Shown piece by piece: positions 1-8,859 of a DNA stretch of 19,460 nt; position 1 is the first letter of the stretch, and each line of letters opens with the position of its first letter. Both the position numbers and the translations under genes were made by a program. Origin of the DNA: Candidatus Micrarchaeaceae archaeon (GTDB lineage Archaea; Micrarchaeota; Micrarchaeia; Micrarchaeales; CABMGC01); contig JAVZDR010000010.1 in assembly GCA_038873795.1 (NCBI GenBank), positions 1-19,460 on the forward strand. Direction: 5' to 3'. The notes beneath the pieces are model-generated. The model ran no database searches and was not told the origin of the DNA. It saw nothing but the letters and a program-made list of their open reading frames with translations.

Positions 1-564
1 CCAGAACTGATTGCTTAGGTCCTTGATTTCGTCCTTGTTGTATGTCAATTCCATGTGCTCGACATTCTTGTGCATGCCAGCATACGTCAGGTTTGCAGAA
101 CCATATAATGCTGCGCCTCTGCCGATGTACATCTTCGCGTGCACAAACGATGCAGGTACCCTCAGGATGATATTCGATGGTTTTCTGTATTTTAGTTTTA
201 GTAAGAAAACGGCAAAGGATGCCGCAGAAACGATGAATGATACGAGCCCAACTACCAGCACTGCGGCAATGTAAATGAGGAGTGATACGTACCAAACTGC
301 TAGTGCAATGGCAAGGAAGACCAATGCCAGTAGAAGGAGTTCCCAGCTTATCCTGCTTTGGGTAAGATATGTGCTTGCATTGCTCTCCATCGACGAGGTT
401 ATGATGTAAATTTTTTTCTCGGCAGAAATGCGCCTAAGCGCAGATGCATAATATGCATCTATATACGGCGAAACCACGAGCAGCGGGCCATCGTCGTTTA
501 GGATCAGCTTTAGATACCTATATGATTCATTTCCCGAATAAGAAATTCTTTCCTTGCCAAGCAT
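1..564 (-). CDS. Phospholipase D (HKD/Nuc-like) family protein with an internal two-TM hairpin; 3' end runs off the window
   Basis: Translated by hand (not in the ORF track). ATG at 564 has GGTG about 5 nt upstream, and the frame is open for 188 codons to position 1: MLGKERISYSGNESYRYLKLILNDDGPLLVVSPYIDAYYASALRRISAEKKIYIITSS...[aa 76-122 uncharged/hydrophobic]...FVHAKMYIGRGAALYGSANLTYAGMHKNVEH...NQFW. SPYI, HxK and GSANLTxxGxxxNxE are PLD-fold motifs. Alternative ATG at 582. Confidence 0.85.
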   Translation of the reverse strand, partial: MLGKERISYSGNESYRYLKLILNDDGPLLVVSPYIDAYYASALRRISAEKKIYIITSSMESNASTYLTQSRISWELLLLALVFLAIALAVWYVSLLIYIAAVLVVGLVSFIVSAASFAVFLLKLKYRKPSNIILRVPASFVHAKMYIGRGAALYGSANLTYAGMHKNVEHMELTYNKDEIKDLSNQFW

Positions 565-1567
565 TTTTGCACCGCAGGTCATTCGGCGGACTGCGCATTT
601 CCGCATTTGTTGCGCTTTCAGTTATGGGCTCCACAAGATCTAGGCCATTATACGGCGCAGCGTTGTAGCCTATGTTGCGCAGGTTGGAAGCAAACAGCTC
701 AGCATTGCCCCCGAATGTGAATATAATGCTTGGATTCACTGAATCTATATAACTGGTGGCTTGCCTAAAATCGGCGTGGTCGCTTAGCGCAAACTGTGCG
801 TCTGTGTTGAACCTGTAGATCTTAGCAAAACCAGTTGCAACAGCAGTATATACCGCCTTGCCGTAAAGTCTTTTTAGAGCCGCCTTGATTCCACCCAAAT
901 CATGGCTTTCTATCACAGCAACGAAGTTCCGCCTTATTGCAGAGTCGAATTCGTCATAATCGTCGTAAGCTGAGATATATTCAAGCGCAATTGAGTTTCT
1001 CTCATAAATCTTATTTATGGCGCTGATCTTCTTGCTCACTACAGGGACCATGCCTGCATCGTTGAGTATCTTTATGAGCTCCTGCGCTTTGCCAAGGGCA
1101 TATGCGCCGAAGATGGCTATGCCCTTGTCAAGGACTTCTAATGCATATTTTTGTATTGACTCAGCCACCTGCAGTTTGTCATCGAATTTCACGCTGGGAT
1201 AAGGGTATGTAGAATCAATTATTGCTATGTCAGCCTCGCGCATCTCTATCGGCTTTGCGGCAAATGATGGTTCAAGCTGGTAATCGCCTGTATAAACTAT
1301 CGAATAGCCGTGCTCGCAATCATCTATGAAGAGCTGCTTAGAGCCAAGTATATGGCCTGCATCCAGCAGCCGAGTGTTGCCAGCATCTGCCCGTTTCACA
1401 TTTTTGCCATATACGACTTTTATGAGCTCTTCTGTTTCTTTGCTCATCACAGCTTCTAAGTCTGGCCTTCTGATATGGTCGCTATGTGCATGAGATATGA
1501 AGTTCAGGTTCGGATTGCACCCTATTCCGTCTAGTGCTATCCTATGCATGCCAATGGAAATTGACAT
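527..1567 (-). CDS. Metallo-beta-lactamase/beta-CASP nuclease (short form resembling SNM1-like / ligase-associated exonucleases)
   Basis: Motifs SHAHSDH, AGHILGS, YTGD, DSTY, AYALGKAQEL, LSDHADF. The ORF track starts at 1639, but its first 24 codons are AT-rich and promoter-like, so ATG 1567 (MSISIG) is more likely. Confidence 0.85.
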   Translation of the reverse strand: MSISIGMHRIALDGIGCNPNLNFISHAHSDHIRRPDLEAVMSKETEELIKVVYGKNVKRADAGNTRLLDAGHILGSKQLFIDDCEHGYSIVYTGDYQLEPSFAAKPIEMREADIAIIDSTYPYPSVKFDDKLQVAESIQKYALEVLDKGIAIFGAYALGKAQELIKILNDAGMVPVVSKKISAINKIYERNSIALEYISAYDDYDEFDSAIRRNFVAVIESHDLGGIKAALKRLYGKAVYTAVATGFAKIYRFNTDAQFALSDHADFRQATSYIDSVNPSIIFTFGGNAELFASNLRNIGYNAAPYNGLDLVEPITESATNAEMRSPPNDLRCKNAWQGKNFLFGK

Positions 1568-1705
1568 CCGGTCGCCGCTACTAATTGGAAAAAAAGAAAT
1601 ATAAATTATAGCATTAGATGCAAAGAGGTTAGGGTCCATACTTTTTCTTCCACAGATTAGACCAAAACATATTTATTCATGAAGTGCAAAAAAACATTGA
1701 TTGCT

Positions 1706-2647
1706 ATGGTAGAGGATTTGGTAATAATAGGCTCAGGGCCTGCGGGGCTAACTGCGGCGCTCTACGGTGCACGCGATGGATTCAAGCCTCTTGTAATCAG
1801 CGGAACGTCAGCTGGTGGCCAGTTATTGCTCACCACCACGGTTGAGAATTTTCCTGGCTTTCCAGATGGCATATATGGCTCAGAAATAATAGACAGGATG
1901 AGGAAGCAGGCTGAGAAGTTCGGGGCAAGGTTCGTTGATGGCGATGCGACAGCCGTAGACTTCAGCTCAAAGCCACTGAAGGTATTCGTAGGCAGCGACG
2001 TATATGAGGCCTTTTCAGTGATAGTGGCAACAGGCGCTTCTGCGAGATGGCTTGGCATACCTTCCGAGAAGAAATTCATAGGCAAAGGGGTATCAAGTTG
2101 CGCAACATGTGACGCAGCATTCTTTAAAAACAAAGATGTTATAGTCGTTGGCGGCGGCGATACGGCCATGGAGGATTCGATATTCCTGACAAACTTCGTA
2201 AACAGCGTGACAGTGGTGCACAGGCGCGACAGGCTCAGGGCCAGCCAGATAATGCAGGAGAGGGCATTCGCAAACAGCAAGATAAAATTCATCTGGAACA
2301 GCGTCGTAGAGGAAATACTCGGCGATGCAAAGGTCTCAGGAGTGAAGCTGCGGAATGTCATTACCAATGAGATAACTGAAATGAAGGTTGACGGAGTTTT
2401 TGTGGCTGTAGGCTACGAGCCGAATACTGCAATATTCAAGGGCCAATTAAAGCTCGATGAACAGGGCTACATTGTGGCAGATGAAGAAGTCAAGACTGAC
2501 GTAGAGGGCGTGTTTGTGGCTGGGGATGTTGCAGACAAATTCTACAGGCAAGCAATTACGGCCGCGGGCAGCGGGGCAAAGGCTGCACTCAAGGCAAGGG
2601 AATTTCTGCTAAAGCTAAAGTACGAACAGAGCAAGGTTCAGAGGTAG
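1706..2647 (+). CDS. trxB: Thioredoxin-disulfide reductase
   Basis: GSGPAG FAD motif, CATC redox centre, GGGDTA NADPH motif, HRRD, GVFVAGD. Start ATG 1706 (MVEDL) preferred because TTTATT lies about 29 nt upstream; the ORF track gives 1679. Confidence 0.96.
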   Translation: MVEDLVIIGSGPAGLTAALYGARDGFKPLVISGTSAGGQLLLTTTVENFPGFPDGIYGSEIIDRMRKQAEKFGARFVDGDATAVDFSSKPLKVFVGSDVYEAFSVIVATGASARWLGIPSEKKFIGKGVSSCATCDAAFFKNKDVIVVGGGDTAMEDSIFLTNFVNSVTVVHRRDRLRASQIMQERAFANSKIKFIWNSVVEEILGDAKVSGVKLRNVITNEITEMKVDGVFVAVGYEPNTAIFKGQLKLDEQGYIVADEEVKTDVEGVFVAGDVADKFYRQAITAAGSGAKAALKAREFLLKLKYEQSKVQR

Positions 2648-3705
2648 TCCCGGATTTTTCTTTGGCCCTTATACTTTTCAAGCGAAGAGACCCTCACACC
2701 TATCTTCCTGACGAGCTCCTCATGTGGAAGGCCGCTGTATATGCTGATCGCTGTGCTGTATATCGTCTCTGCGCTGTTTGATATGTAGCTTATCGTTTTG
2801 CTTTTTAGGTGCTCGTCGAAGTTTGAATACCTTATCTTCAATGTCACTCTCTTGAATGAGAAGCCCTGCCTCTTAAGCTCTTCTGCCACCTCTTCAGACA
2901 TCTTCTTCAGGGCATTCCTTATTGTAAGCATGTCTACGGTGTCAACGTCGAATGTAAGTTCCCTGCCTATTGACTTTACAGTATAATCGCTTATTACTTC
3001 ACTCTCATCTATGCCATTGGCGCTCCTGCTCAGCTCTATACCGTATGCACCGAAATTCTCGAATAGCATTACTGGGTTGGCATTGGCTATATCTGCTATC
3101 TTCTTGAAGCCCATAGCCCTTAGCTTCTCAGCACCTTTCCTTCCGACCCCGTATAGCTTTTCAATAGGCATATCTGCGAGAAACTGCTTTGCTTCATCTT
3201 CTTTCACAAGTCTGATGCCATTGGGCTTTGCAGCCTCGCACGCCATCTTCGCGATGAGTTTGTTAGGACCAATCCCAACCGAACATTTCAGGCCAGTCTC
3301 AGCCAAAATCTTTTCCCTTATAGAAGCGGCGTATGCAACCGCATCCTCATAGTCTTTTACAACGCCTGTGACATCGATATATGCCTCGTCTATGCTCACC
3401 TGCTCAAACTTTTCAGAGAAACCATGGATTATGGCCATCACTCTTCTAGATATGGACTCGTAGTATGGCTCATCAACAGGCAGGAATATTGCGTCTTTCT
3501 TTATCCTATATGCCGTAGATATTGGCATGCCGCTCTTTATCCCATATCTCCTTGCTTCGTAGTTTGCTGTGCTCACGACGCCTCTACCTGAGCCACCCTT
3601 TGGGTCAGCACCCACAACTACCGGCTTGCCTCTTATCTCTGGCTTTCTGAGCTCTTCGCAAGCTACAAAGAATGAGTCCATGTCTATGAGCATTATTGTC
3701 CTCAT
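2638..3705 (-). CDS. dinB: Y-family DNA polymerase IV (DinB/Dpo4)
   Basis: IDMDSFF, STANYEARRYGIKSGMP, SIDEAYID, GIGPNKLIAKMA, KPNG, little-finger SIGRELTF...TLKIRY; C-terminal PIP-box-like QRKIRDYL. Confidence 0.96.
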   Translation of the reverse strand: MRTIMLIDMDSFFVACEELRKPEIRGKPVVVGADPKGGSGRGVVSTANYEARRYGIKSGMPISTAYRIKKDAIFLPVDEPYYESISRRVMAIIHGFSEKFEQVSIDEAYIDVTGVVKDYEDAVAYAASIREKILAETGLKCSVGIGPNKLIAKMACEAAKPNGIRLVKEDEAKQFLADMPIEKLYGVGRKGAEKLRAMGFKKIADIANANPVMLFENFGAYGIELSRSANGIDESEVISDYTVKSIGRELTFDVDTVDMLTIRNALKKMSEEVAEELKRQGFSFKRVTLKIRYSNFDEHLKSKTISYISNSAETIYSTAISIYSGLPHEELVRKIGVRVSSLEKYKGQRKIRDYL

Positions 3706-3707
3706 AG

Positions 3708-4319
3708 CTAATCAAGATTTATCTCTATGACGCTCCCGTTCGGTTCAGTCTCCCTAAAGACTTGGGTGCTAAAAGTGTAAAGCTCCACACCTGGCTGCTT
3801 CCACGACTCTTTGTGCAGCCCTGCCTTGATGCAGACGTTTTCAAGGAATTCCCTCGCGTTCCACTTCTGCTCCACTGCAACTATCGGCAGAAGCAGGCCG
3901 CTATAGAATCCATACTCTATTATGAGGCCATCCCTGCCTATCTTTATCGACTTCTCTATTTCCTCAGGTGTGCCTGTTATGCGCTTTGGCTCTGAGAGTA
4001 TGCTTACCTCTATTGTTACGTCATTGAGTTCCCTATGCGAGAGAGGCACGAACCTTGGATCCTCGGTCGCTGCTGCCACAGCTGCATCGATCAGTGAGGA
4101 TTTTATAGGGCCTGCAGCCTTCATGAAGCCTATGCATCCTCTCAGCTCTTTTGTCGGGTAGTGCTCTATGGTCACAAATACGCCGTACCTTTGGTTGAAT
4201 TCCCCAATCTGGCGTTCTATAATGGATTTGCTAAAGTTAGGCGACTTCAGATGCAGCTCTATGGCATAGCGAGCCATCTTTACAAGCTTTTCCCCCTCTT
4301 CAAGAGAATATACCTTCAT
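3708..4319 (-). CDS. AMMECR1-domain protein (AmmeMemoRadiSam protein A-like)
   Basis: Signature LRGCIG plus GVFVTI, AATEDPRF, IEVSILS, GRDGL, GLLLP, CIKAG; GAGGTGA RBS upstream. Confidence 0.93.
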   Translation of the reverse strand: MKVYSLEEGEKLVKMARYAIELHLKSPNFSKSIIERQIGEFNQRYGVFVTIEHYPTKELRGCIGFMKAAGPIKSSLIDAAVAAATEDPRFVPLSHRELNDVTIEVSILSEPKRITGTPEEIEKSIKIGRDGLIIEYGFYSGLLLPIVAVEQKWNAREFLENVCIKAGLHKESWKQPGVELYTFSTQVFRETEPNGSVIEINLD

Positions 4320-4323
4320 CTAA

Positions 4324-4330
4324 TCACCTC
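4324..4330 (-). promoter_or_regulatory. Shine-Dalgarno sequence GAGGTGA for the AMMECR1 gene
   Basis: Plus strand tcacctc at 4324-4330, 4 nt before the ATG at 4319; matches the archaeal anti-SD complement. Confidence 0.75.
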
Positions 4331-4512
4331 GCAATGAAGCCATGCGTGAGCATGAAATTCATAACTACAAATATTTGCTATTGCAAAATTTCTCTTCCAG
4401 ATTTCCAATAGTGAAGCGTTGTAAACGGCCTTGGTATAGCCGGTAGCTGGTTTGCATAACGTTGGTTTGCAACATGCCAATCAACTGATGAAAAGCCCTT
4501 GCTTGGGGTGGC

Positions 4513-5394
4513 CTACGCAAGTTTGAATGTATCTTTGCTGACCTCGCTTACCTCGCCGCTCTCGGCAAGAATGTATGCTATGCCCCTTGCCGCTTCGATA
4601 TCTATGCTTTCCTTCTGCGCCAGGTCGCTTATCTTTTTGGGGCCATCTTTGAGCTGCTGCAGAAGCCTGCTTGCGTGAGCATCGAAAAACTGCCTTAGGA
4701 GTATATAGAACTTTTTGTTGAATGCTCTCGTGCCTATGACGAGTCCCTGCCTTATGCTTTCCTCAAGGGCCAGCGAGATGCTCGCTGCCTGAACTTCTGT
4801 GGGCAGAACTACATAGCCATTCTTTTCAAGGCTCTTTATGTCGTCGCTTTTCTGGGCAGCATCCTTTATCAGCAAGTGCACGGGCTCTTGCTTTTGCGTA
4901 AACTCCAATGCCTGCCTTGCTTGCTGCTGCTGCTGGGGTTGCGGCGGCTTCTTTCTCATAAGGAATTTGTTGTATATGCTGTTTGATATGCTGTAAAGCT
5001 CTGCGCCGCTTTTGTCCTTGAATAGGGTAACGTATTTCCGTTTTATGAGATCCTGAAGCACAGCCTTTTCGCTCTGGTTGAGAATCTTAGCTACAGCATC
5101 AGGAGTGCGCTGAGGATACCTAAGCTCATCAAGCTTCTTCAGGACAATTATCTCAGCTTCAGATACTTGATCCTTAGCCTGCGCCTGCGCGGCGTATCCT
5201 GGCTGCTGGATGCCGCTCCCAGCAGCTATAAGCTTTGCGATATAATCTTCCTTGGCTATGATGAATGCATTATCGCTGAATTTCATGAACTGCAGTTCAT
5301 CGTTCTCCTTTAGCCCAAGGGTTTCCTTTACCTCGTACGGCACGTATATTGCAAGCTTGCCCTTCTGCAAAAATACTCTTACTATTTCAAGCAC
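4513..5394 (-). CDS. Hypothetical protein: N-terminal AbrB/MazE-like domain, Q-rich linkers and putative tandem winged-helix domains
   Basis: GTG start. KGKLAIYVPYEVKETLGLKENDELQF fits the AbrB swapped-hairpin pattern. C-terminal LKDGPKKISDLAQKESIDIEAARGIAYILAESGEV is wHTH-like. QQPG/AQAQA and PPQPQQQQQ linkers. Confidence 0.7.
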   Translation of the reverse strand: MLEIVRVFLQKGKLAIYVPYEVKETLGLKENDELQFMKFSDNAFIIAKEDYIAKLIAAGSGIQQPGYAAQAQAKDQVSEAEIIVLKKLDELRYPQRTPDAVAKILNQSEKAVLQDLIKRKYVTLFKDKSGAELYSISNSIYNKFLMRKKPPQPQQQQQARQALEFTQKQEPVHLLIKDAAQKSDDIKSLEKNGYVVLPTEVQAASISLALEESIRQGLVIGTRAFNKKFYILLRQFFDAHASRLLQQLKDGPKKISDLAQKESIDIEAARGIAYILAESGEVSEVSKDTFKLA

Positions 5395-5433
5395 CTAAAA
5401 AGTATTTTATTAATTGTTTATGTATTATATGAT
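5395..5433. promoter_or_regulatory. AT-rich divergent promoter region between the AbrB/wHTH gene and nnr
   Basis: 39-bp gap that is almost all A/T, with TATA-like words on both strands roughly 22-30 nt from each start codon. Confidence 0.55.
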
Positions 5434-6972
5434 ATGCAAAATTTAAAAGAGTTCGTTAATTACACAAGGAAAGAGCTCGATGCAGATGGGATGCATGCCG
5501 TGGAACTCAATGCGAAGGCATTGGGCCTACGTGATGAGCAGATGATGGAGGCTGCTGGCATAGCGGTTGCGGACTTCATAAAATCGAACTTCCCAAAGGC
5601 AAAGAGCATCCTCTTTATATGTGGTACAGGCAACAACGCAGGCGACGGCTTCGTCGCAGCTAGACACCTGCATGATTTCAATGTCACAGTCGCGCTGCTT
5701 TCAAGGAAGGAGCAGATAAAGCAGGGACCGGCTGCGGTGAACTTCAATGCGCTTGCAAGCATGCTCTCAGTGAAAATAATTGATAATGCCAGCGCAGATG
5801 ATATTGCATTGCAGCTCAAGAACTGCGAGATAGTTGTAGACGCAATATTCGGTACAGGCTTTTCTGGAAAACTGCCGCAGGGCATAACGCGCATAATAGA
5901 GCTTGCAAATAAATCCGCAGCAAAGAAAATTGCAATAGATGTGCCATCAGGATTCTCAAGTAAGGGCACAACTGGTTTGACATTCTCTGCCGACTACACA
6001 ATAACATTCCACAAGCCTAAGAGCGGCCTTTTAGGATTCAAGCATGCGGGCAAGGTAATCGTTGCAGAGATAGGCATACCCATAGAGGCTGAACTTCTCA
6101 CCGGTCCGGGCGACCTCTTTGAAGCCTCACCAATCAGAGGGCTGTTTGCGGACAAGAACGCAAACGGCAGGGTACTACTTGTTGGGGGAGGCAAAATATA
6201 TCTGGGGGCTGTTGTTGCCGCATCGATTGCCGCGCTCAGGACGGGCGCTGGCTATGCCGTGACATACGTGCCCAGACATCATGCAGCCGCAGCAAGAAGG
6301 CTGAGCACAAACACCATAATAAAGCCGATGGCAGGCGACCGCCTCTCTGAGGCCGACCTGCCCGAGCTGAAGGAGGAGCTCAAAAAGGCAAATGCGCTTG
6401 TCATAGGTATGGGCCTCGGCACTGAAAGGGAATCTGTGAGAGCTGCGGCAAGACTTATAGAGTATATGAATTCCATCGGCAAGCCCTCTGTGGTCGATGC
6501 TGATGCAATACCTGCGCTGAAAGATGCGAGGCTTAAGAATCCGGCAGCCATTGTCGCTACGCCACACGACAGGGAATTCTTCAGGCTTACAGGAATGCAG
6601 CTTCCGAAGGAGAGCGCCGCAAATATGCATGAAAGGGCTCGCTATGCTCTCAGCGCGTCGAAGCAACTCGGCATATGCATATTGCTAAAAGGGCACAACA
6701 CAGTGATAGCTAGCCCGGAGAGGCTGAAGATTAACATGGCTAGTTCTGCAGTCCTGGCGAAGATGGGCACTGGTGACGTGCTTGCCGGCATTATAGGTGC
6801 ATATGAGGCGATGGGCGCAGGTGCCTTCGAGTCAGCTGCTGCGGGAGCATACCTGCACACTAAAGCTGGAGAGCTACTCGCAATGGAGAAGGGCTATCAC
6901 ATCCTCGCAAGCGACATAATAGAGCAGATCCCAAGGATAGCAAAGGAGTTTGACAGGATTTCAAGTGATTAG
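5434..6972 (+). CDS. nnr: Bifunctional NAD(P)H-hydrate epimerase/dehydratase (YjeF_N + carbohydrate kinase domain)
   Basis: MMEAAG, CGTGNNAGDG, VDAIFGTG, IDVPSG (epimerase); GRVLLVGGG, IGMGLG, VVDADA, TPHDREF, LLKG, MGTGDVLAG (dehydratase). Confidence 0.94.
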   Translation: MQNLKEFVNYTRKELDADGMHAVELNAKALGLRDEQMMEAAGIAVADFIKSNFPKAKSILFICGTGNNAGDGFVAARHLHDFNVTVALLSRKEQIKQGPAAVNFNALASMLSVKIIDNASADDIALQLKNCEIVVDAIFGTGFSGKLPQGITRIIELANKSAAKKIAIDVPSGFSSKGTTGLTFSADYTITFHKPKSGLLGFKHAGKVIVAEIGIPIEAELLTGPGDLFEASPIRGLFADKNANGRVLLVGGGKIYLGAVVAASIAALRTGAGYAVTYVPRHHAAAARRLSTNTIIKPMAGDRLSEADLPELKEELKKANALVIGMGLGTERESVRAAARLIEYMNSIGKPSVVDADAIPALKDARLKNPAAIVATPHDREFFRLTGMQLPKESAANMHERARYALSASKQLGICILLKGHNTVIASPERLKINMASSAVLAKMGTGDVLAGIIGAYEAMGAGAFESAAAGAYLHTKAGELLAMEKGYHILASDIIEQIPRIAKEFDRISSD

Positions 6973-8859
6973 ATGAAGGACAATCCACTGCTTGGAGCCA
7001 TTGATGCTTTTGCAATGTGCATAATCTCAGCGCTGCAAGCAGCTGGCCTAGGCACTGATGCTGATGCTGAGCAAGTCCGCGCCAGCATATCAATTGGTGG
7101 GGGCGAGCACGGCGACATGAATTCCTCAATAGCATTCAGGATAGCGCATAAGATCGGGAGGCCACCTCACGAGGTTGCAGCTGAAATTGTGGGCGCTGCG
7201 AAGGCCACAGCACCCATATTTAGGATAGAAGAGCTCGATGGCTACATAAACGCGTGGCTCGATGTACCGTCATTCTCCAAGGATGTTATTGAGACTGCGC
7301 TAGCGCTCGCAAAAGACTATGGGAGGAGCGAAATTGGGGGAGGCGAGAAAGTCATAGTCGAATTCCCCAGTGTGAATCCGAACAAGCCATGGCACGTCGG
7401 CCACCTGAGGAATGCGCTGCTCGGCGACGCAATATCCAACATACTCGCACTCTGCTCATATTCAGTCGAGAGGATAGATTACATAGACGACCTTGGCCTC
7501 CAGATGGCAGAGATACTCTGGGGTATTGGGAAGATTGGAGCAGAGCCTGACAAAAAGTATGATGCGTGGCTCGGCGAGGCGTATGTCAAGATAAACAAGA
7601 TGCTTGATGAAAGAGGCAAAGAAGAGGTAAAGACTTTGCTCAAGAAAATGGAGGATCCAAAAAGCAAAGAGGCGAGCGATGCAAGGAAGGTGGCTGAAAG
7701 GTGTGTGAGGGCGCAGTATGAAACCGCATACAACTATGGCATATCCCACGACCTCCTCATATGGGAGAGCGACATAGTCAGTGCGGGACTGCTCGAGAAG
7801 GCTTTCAAGATAGGATTGGAAAAGGGGGCTGTTGAGAAGCTGGAAAGCGGCGAATATGCTGGATGCATTGTTGCGAGCCTCAAGGGCTCGAAGTACAAAG
7901 AGCTTAAGGAGCTCAAGGGCGACAAGAAGATACTCATAAGGAGCAATGGCGTAGCAACCTACACGGCTAAGGATATAGCTTTCCACATGTGGAAATTTGG
8001 GATGCTTGAAGACCCATTCAAATATTCAATTTTCATAAGCGAGCAGCCGAATGGGAAGGCACTTTACTCGACAGGCAAGGAGGGAAAGGCCATGAACTTC
8101 GGCGGGGCGCAGAGATCCATAAACATAATAGGCTCAGCGCAGAAGTATCCGCAGCTTGTTCTGAAGGCGGTACTCGAGGGCATGGGCTATGCTGGCGCAG
8201 CAAACAACCTCGTGCACCTTTCATATGGTGAAGTTGGCATAGAAGGCAGCGCACTTATAAGCGGAAGGAGGGGCGAATGGATTGGTACGGAAAGGAACTA
8301 TACAGCCGACGACCTGCTTGAAGAAGTGAAATCAAAGGCGCTTGGAATCATAAATGCAAGCAACAAGATAGATGCTAACTTGCAGGAGGAGGTTGCGGCC
8401 AAGGTTGCACTTGGCGCCATAAAATTTGAGTTCCTGCGCATAGCCCCTGAAAAGAAGATAACATTCTCATGGCAGAGAGCCCTCGACTTCGAGAGCAATT
8501 CTGGGCCCTATTGCATGTATATGTATGCCAGGGCGATGAGGATCCTGGAGAAGGCTGAAAAGGCCGAGCTTGGCCATGCTGAATACAAAAGTATTGGCAG
8601 TGGAATCGAGTTTGAGTTGATAAAACTGATAGGCAAAATGCCAAGCATCGTCGAGAAGGCAGCCAAGGAGCTCAGGCCGGATATGATTGCAGGGTATGCA
8701 ATTGAACTCTCCACGGCCTTCAGCAAATTCTACGAGACTATGCCGGTCCTCAAAGCTGGCGCCGCGAGGGGCGCAAGGCTCGCCATAACAGCAGCCTTTG
8801 CCATAGCAATAAGCAACTCGCTAAGGCTGCTCGGCATAGAAACAGTAGAGAAAATGTAG
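6973..8859 (+). CDS. argS: Arginine--tRNA ligase
   Basis: VEFPSVNPNKPWHVGHLRNA (HIGH motif), YIDDLGLQ, RSNGVATYTAKDIA, C-terminal anticodon-binding domain (GPYCMYMYARA...FSKFYE...LLGIETVEKM). Confidence 0.96.
   Translation: MKDNPLLGAIDAFAMCIISALQAAGLGTDADAEQVRASISIGGGEHGDMNSSIAFRIAHKIGRPPHEVAAEIVGAAKATAPIFRIEELDGYINAWLDVPSFSKDVIETALALAKDYGRSEIGGGEKVIVEFPSVNPNKPWHVGHLRNALLGDAISNILALCSYSVERIDYIDDLGLQMAEILWGIGKIGAEPDKKYDAWLGEAYVKINKMLDERGKEEVKTLLKKMEDPKSKEASDARKVAERCVRAQYETAYNYGISHDLLIWESDIVSAGLLEKAFKIGLEKGAVEKLESGEYAGCIVASLKGSKYKELKELKGDKKILIRSNGVATYTAKDIAFHMWKFGMLEDPFKYSIFISEQPNGKALYSTGKEGKAMNFGGAQRSINIIGSAQKYPQLVLKAVLEGMGYAGAANNLVHLSYGEVGIEGSALISGRRGEWIGTERNYTADDLLEEVKSKALGIINASNKIDANLQEEVAAKVALGAIKFEFLRIAPEKKITFSWQRALDFESNSGPYCMYMYARAMRILEKAEKAELGHAEYKSIGSGIEFELIKLIGKMPSIVEKAAKELRPDMIAGYAIELSTAFSKFYETMPVLKAGAARGARLAITAAFAIAISNSLRLLGIETVEKM

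Noticed and set aside
442..460. Perfect palindrome AGATGCATA-A-TATGCATCT as a candidate operator
   Set aside because: It lies inside the PLD coding frame (codons DAYYAS), not in an intergenic region; single occurrence.
1568..1639. N-terminal extensions in the ORF track (also 1679-1705 and 15800-15892)
   Set aside because: AT-rich, promoter-like sequence upstream of better-placed ATGs, with no family motifs in the extensions.
4486..4541. Possible box C/D sRNA (TGATGA ... CTGA, 56 nt)
   Set aside because: No recognisable D' box, weak C' box, no terminal stem or promoter, and the D box falls antisense within a CDS. It also lacks the GAAA core needed for a hammerhead ribozyme.
4919..4950. (CTG)n/(CGG)n short tandem repeat
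   Set aside because: It encodes the in-frame PPQPQQQQQ linker; too short to call a contingency repeat or array.
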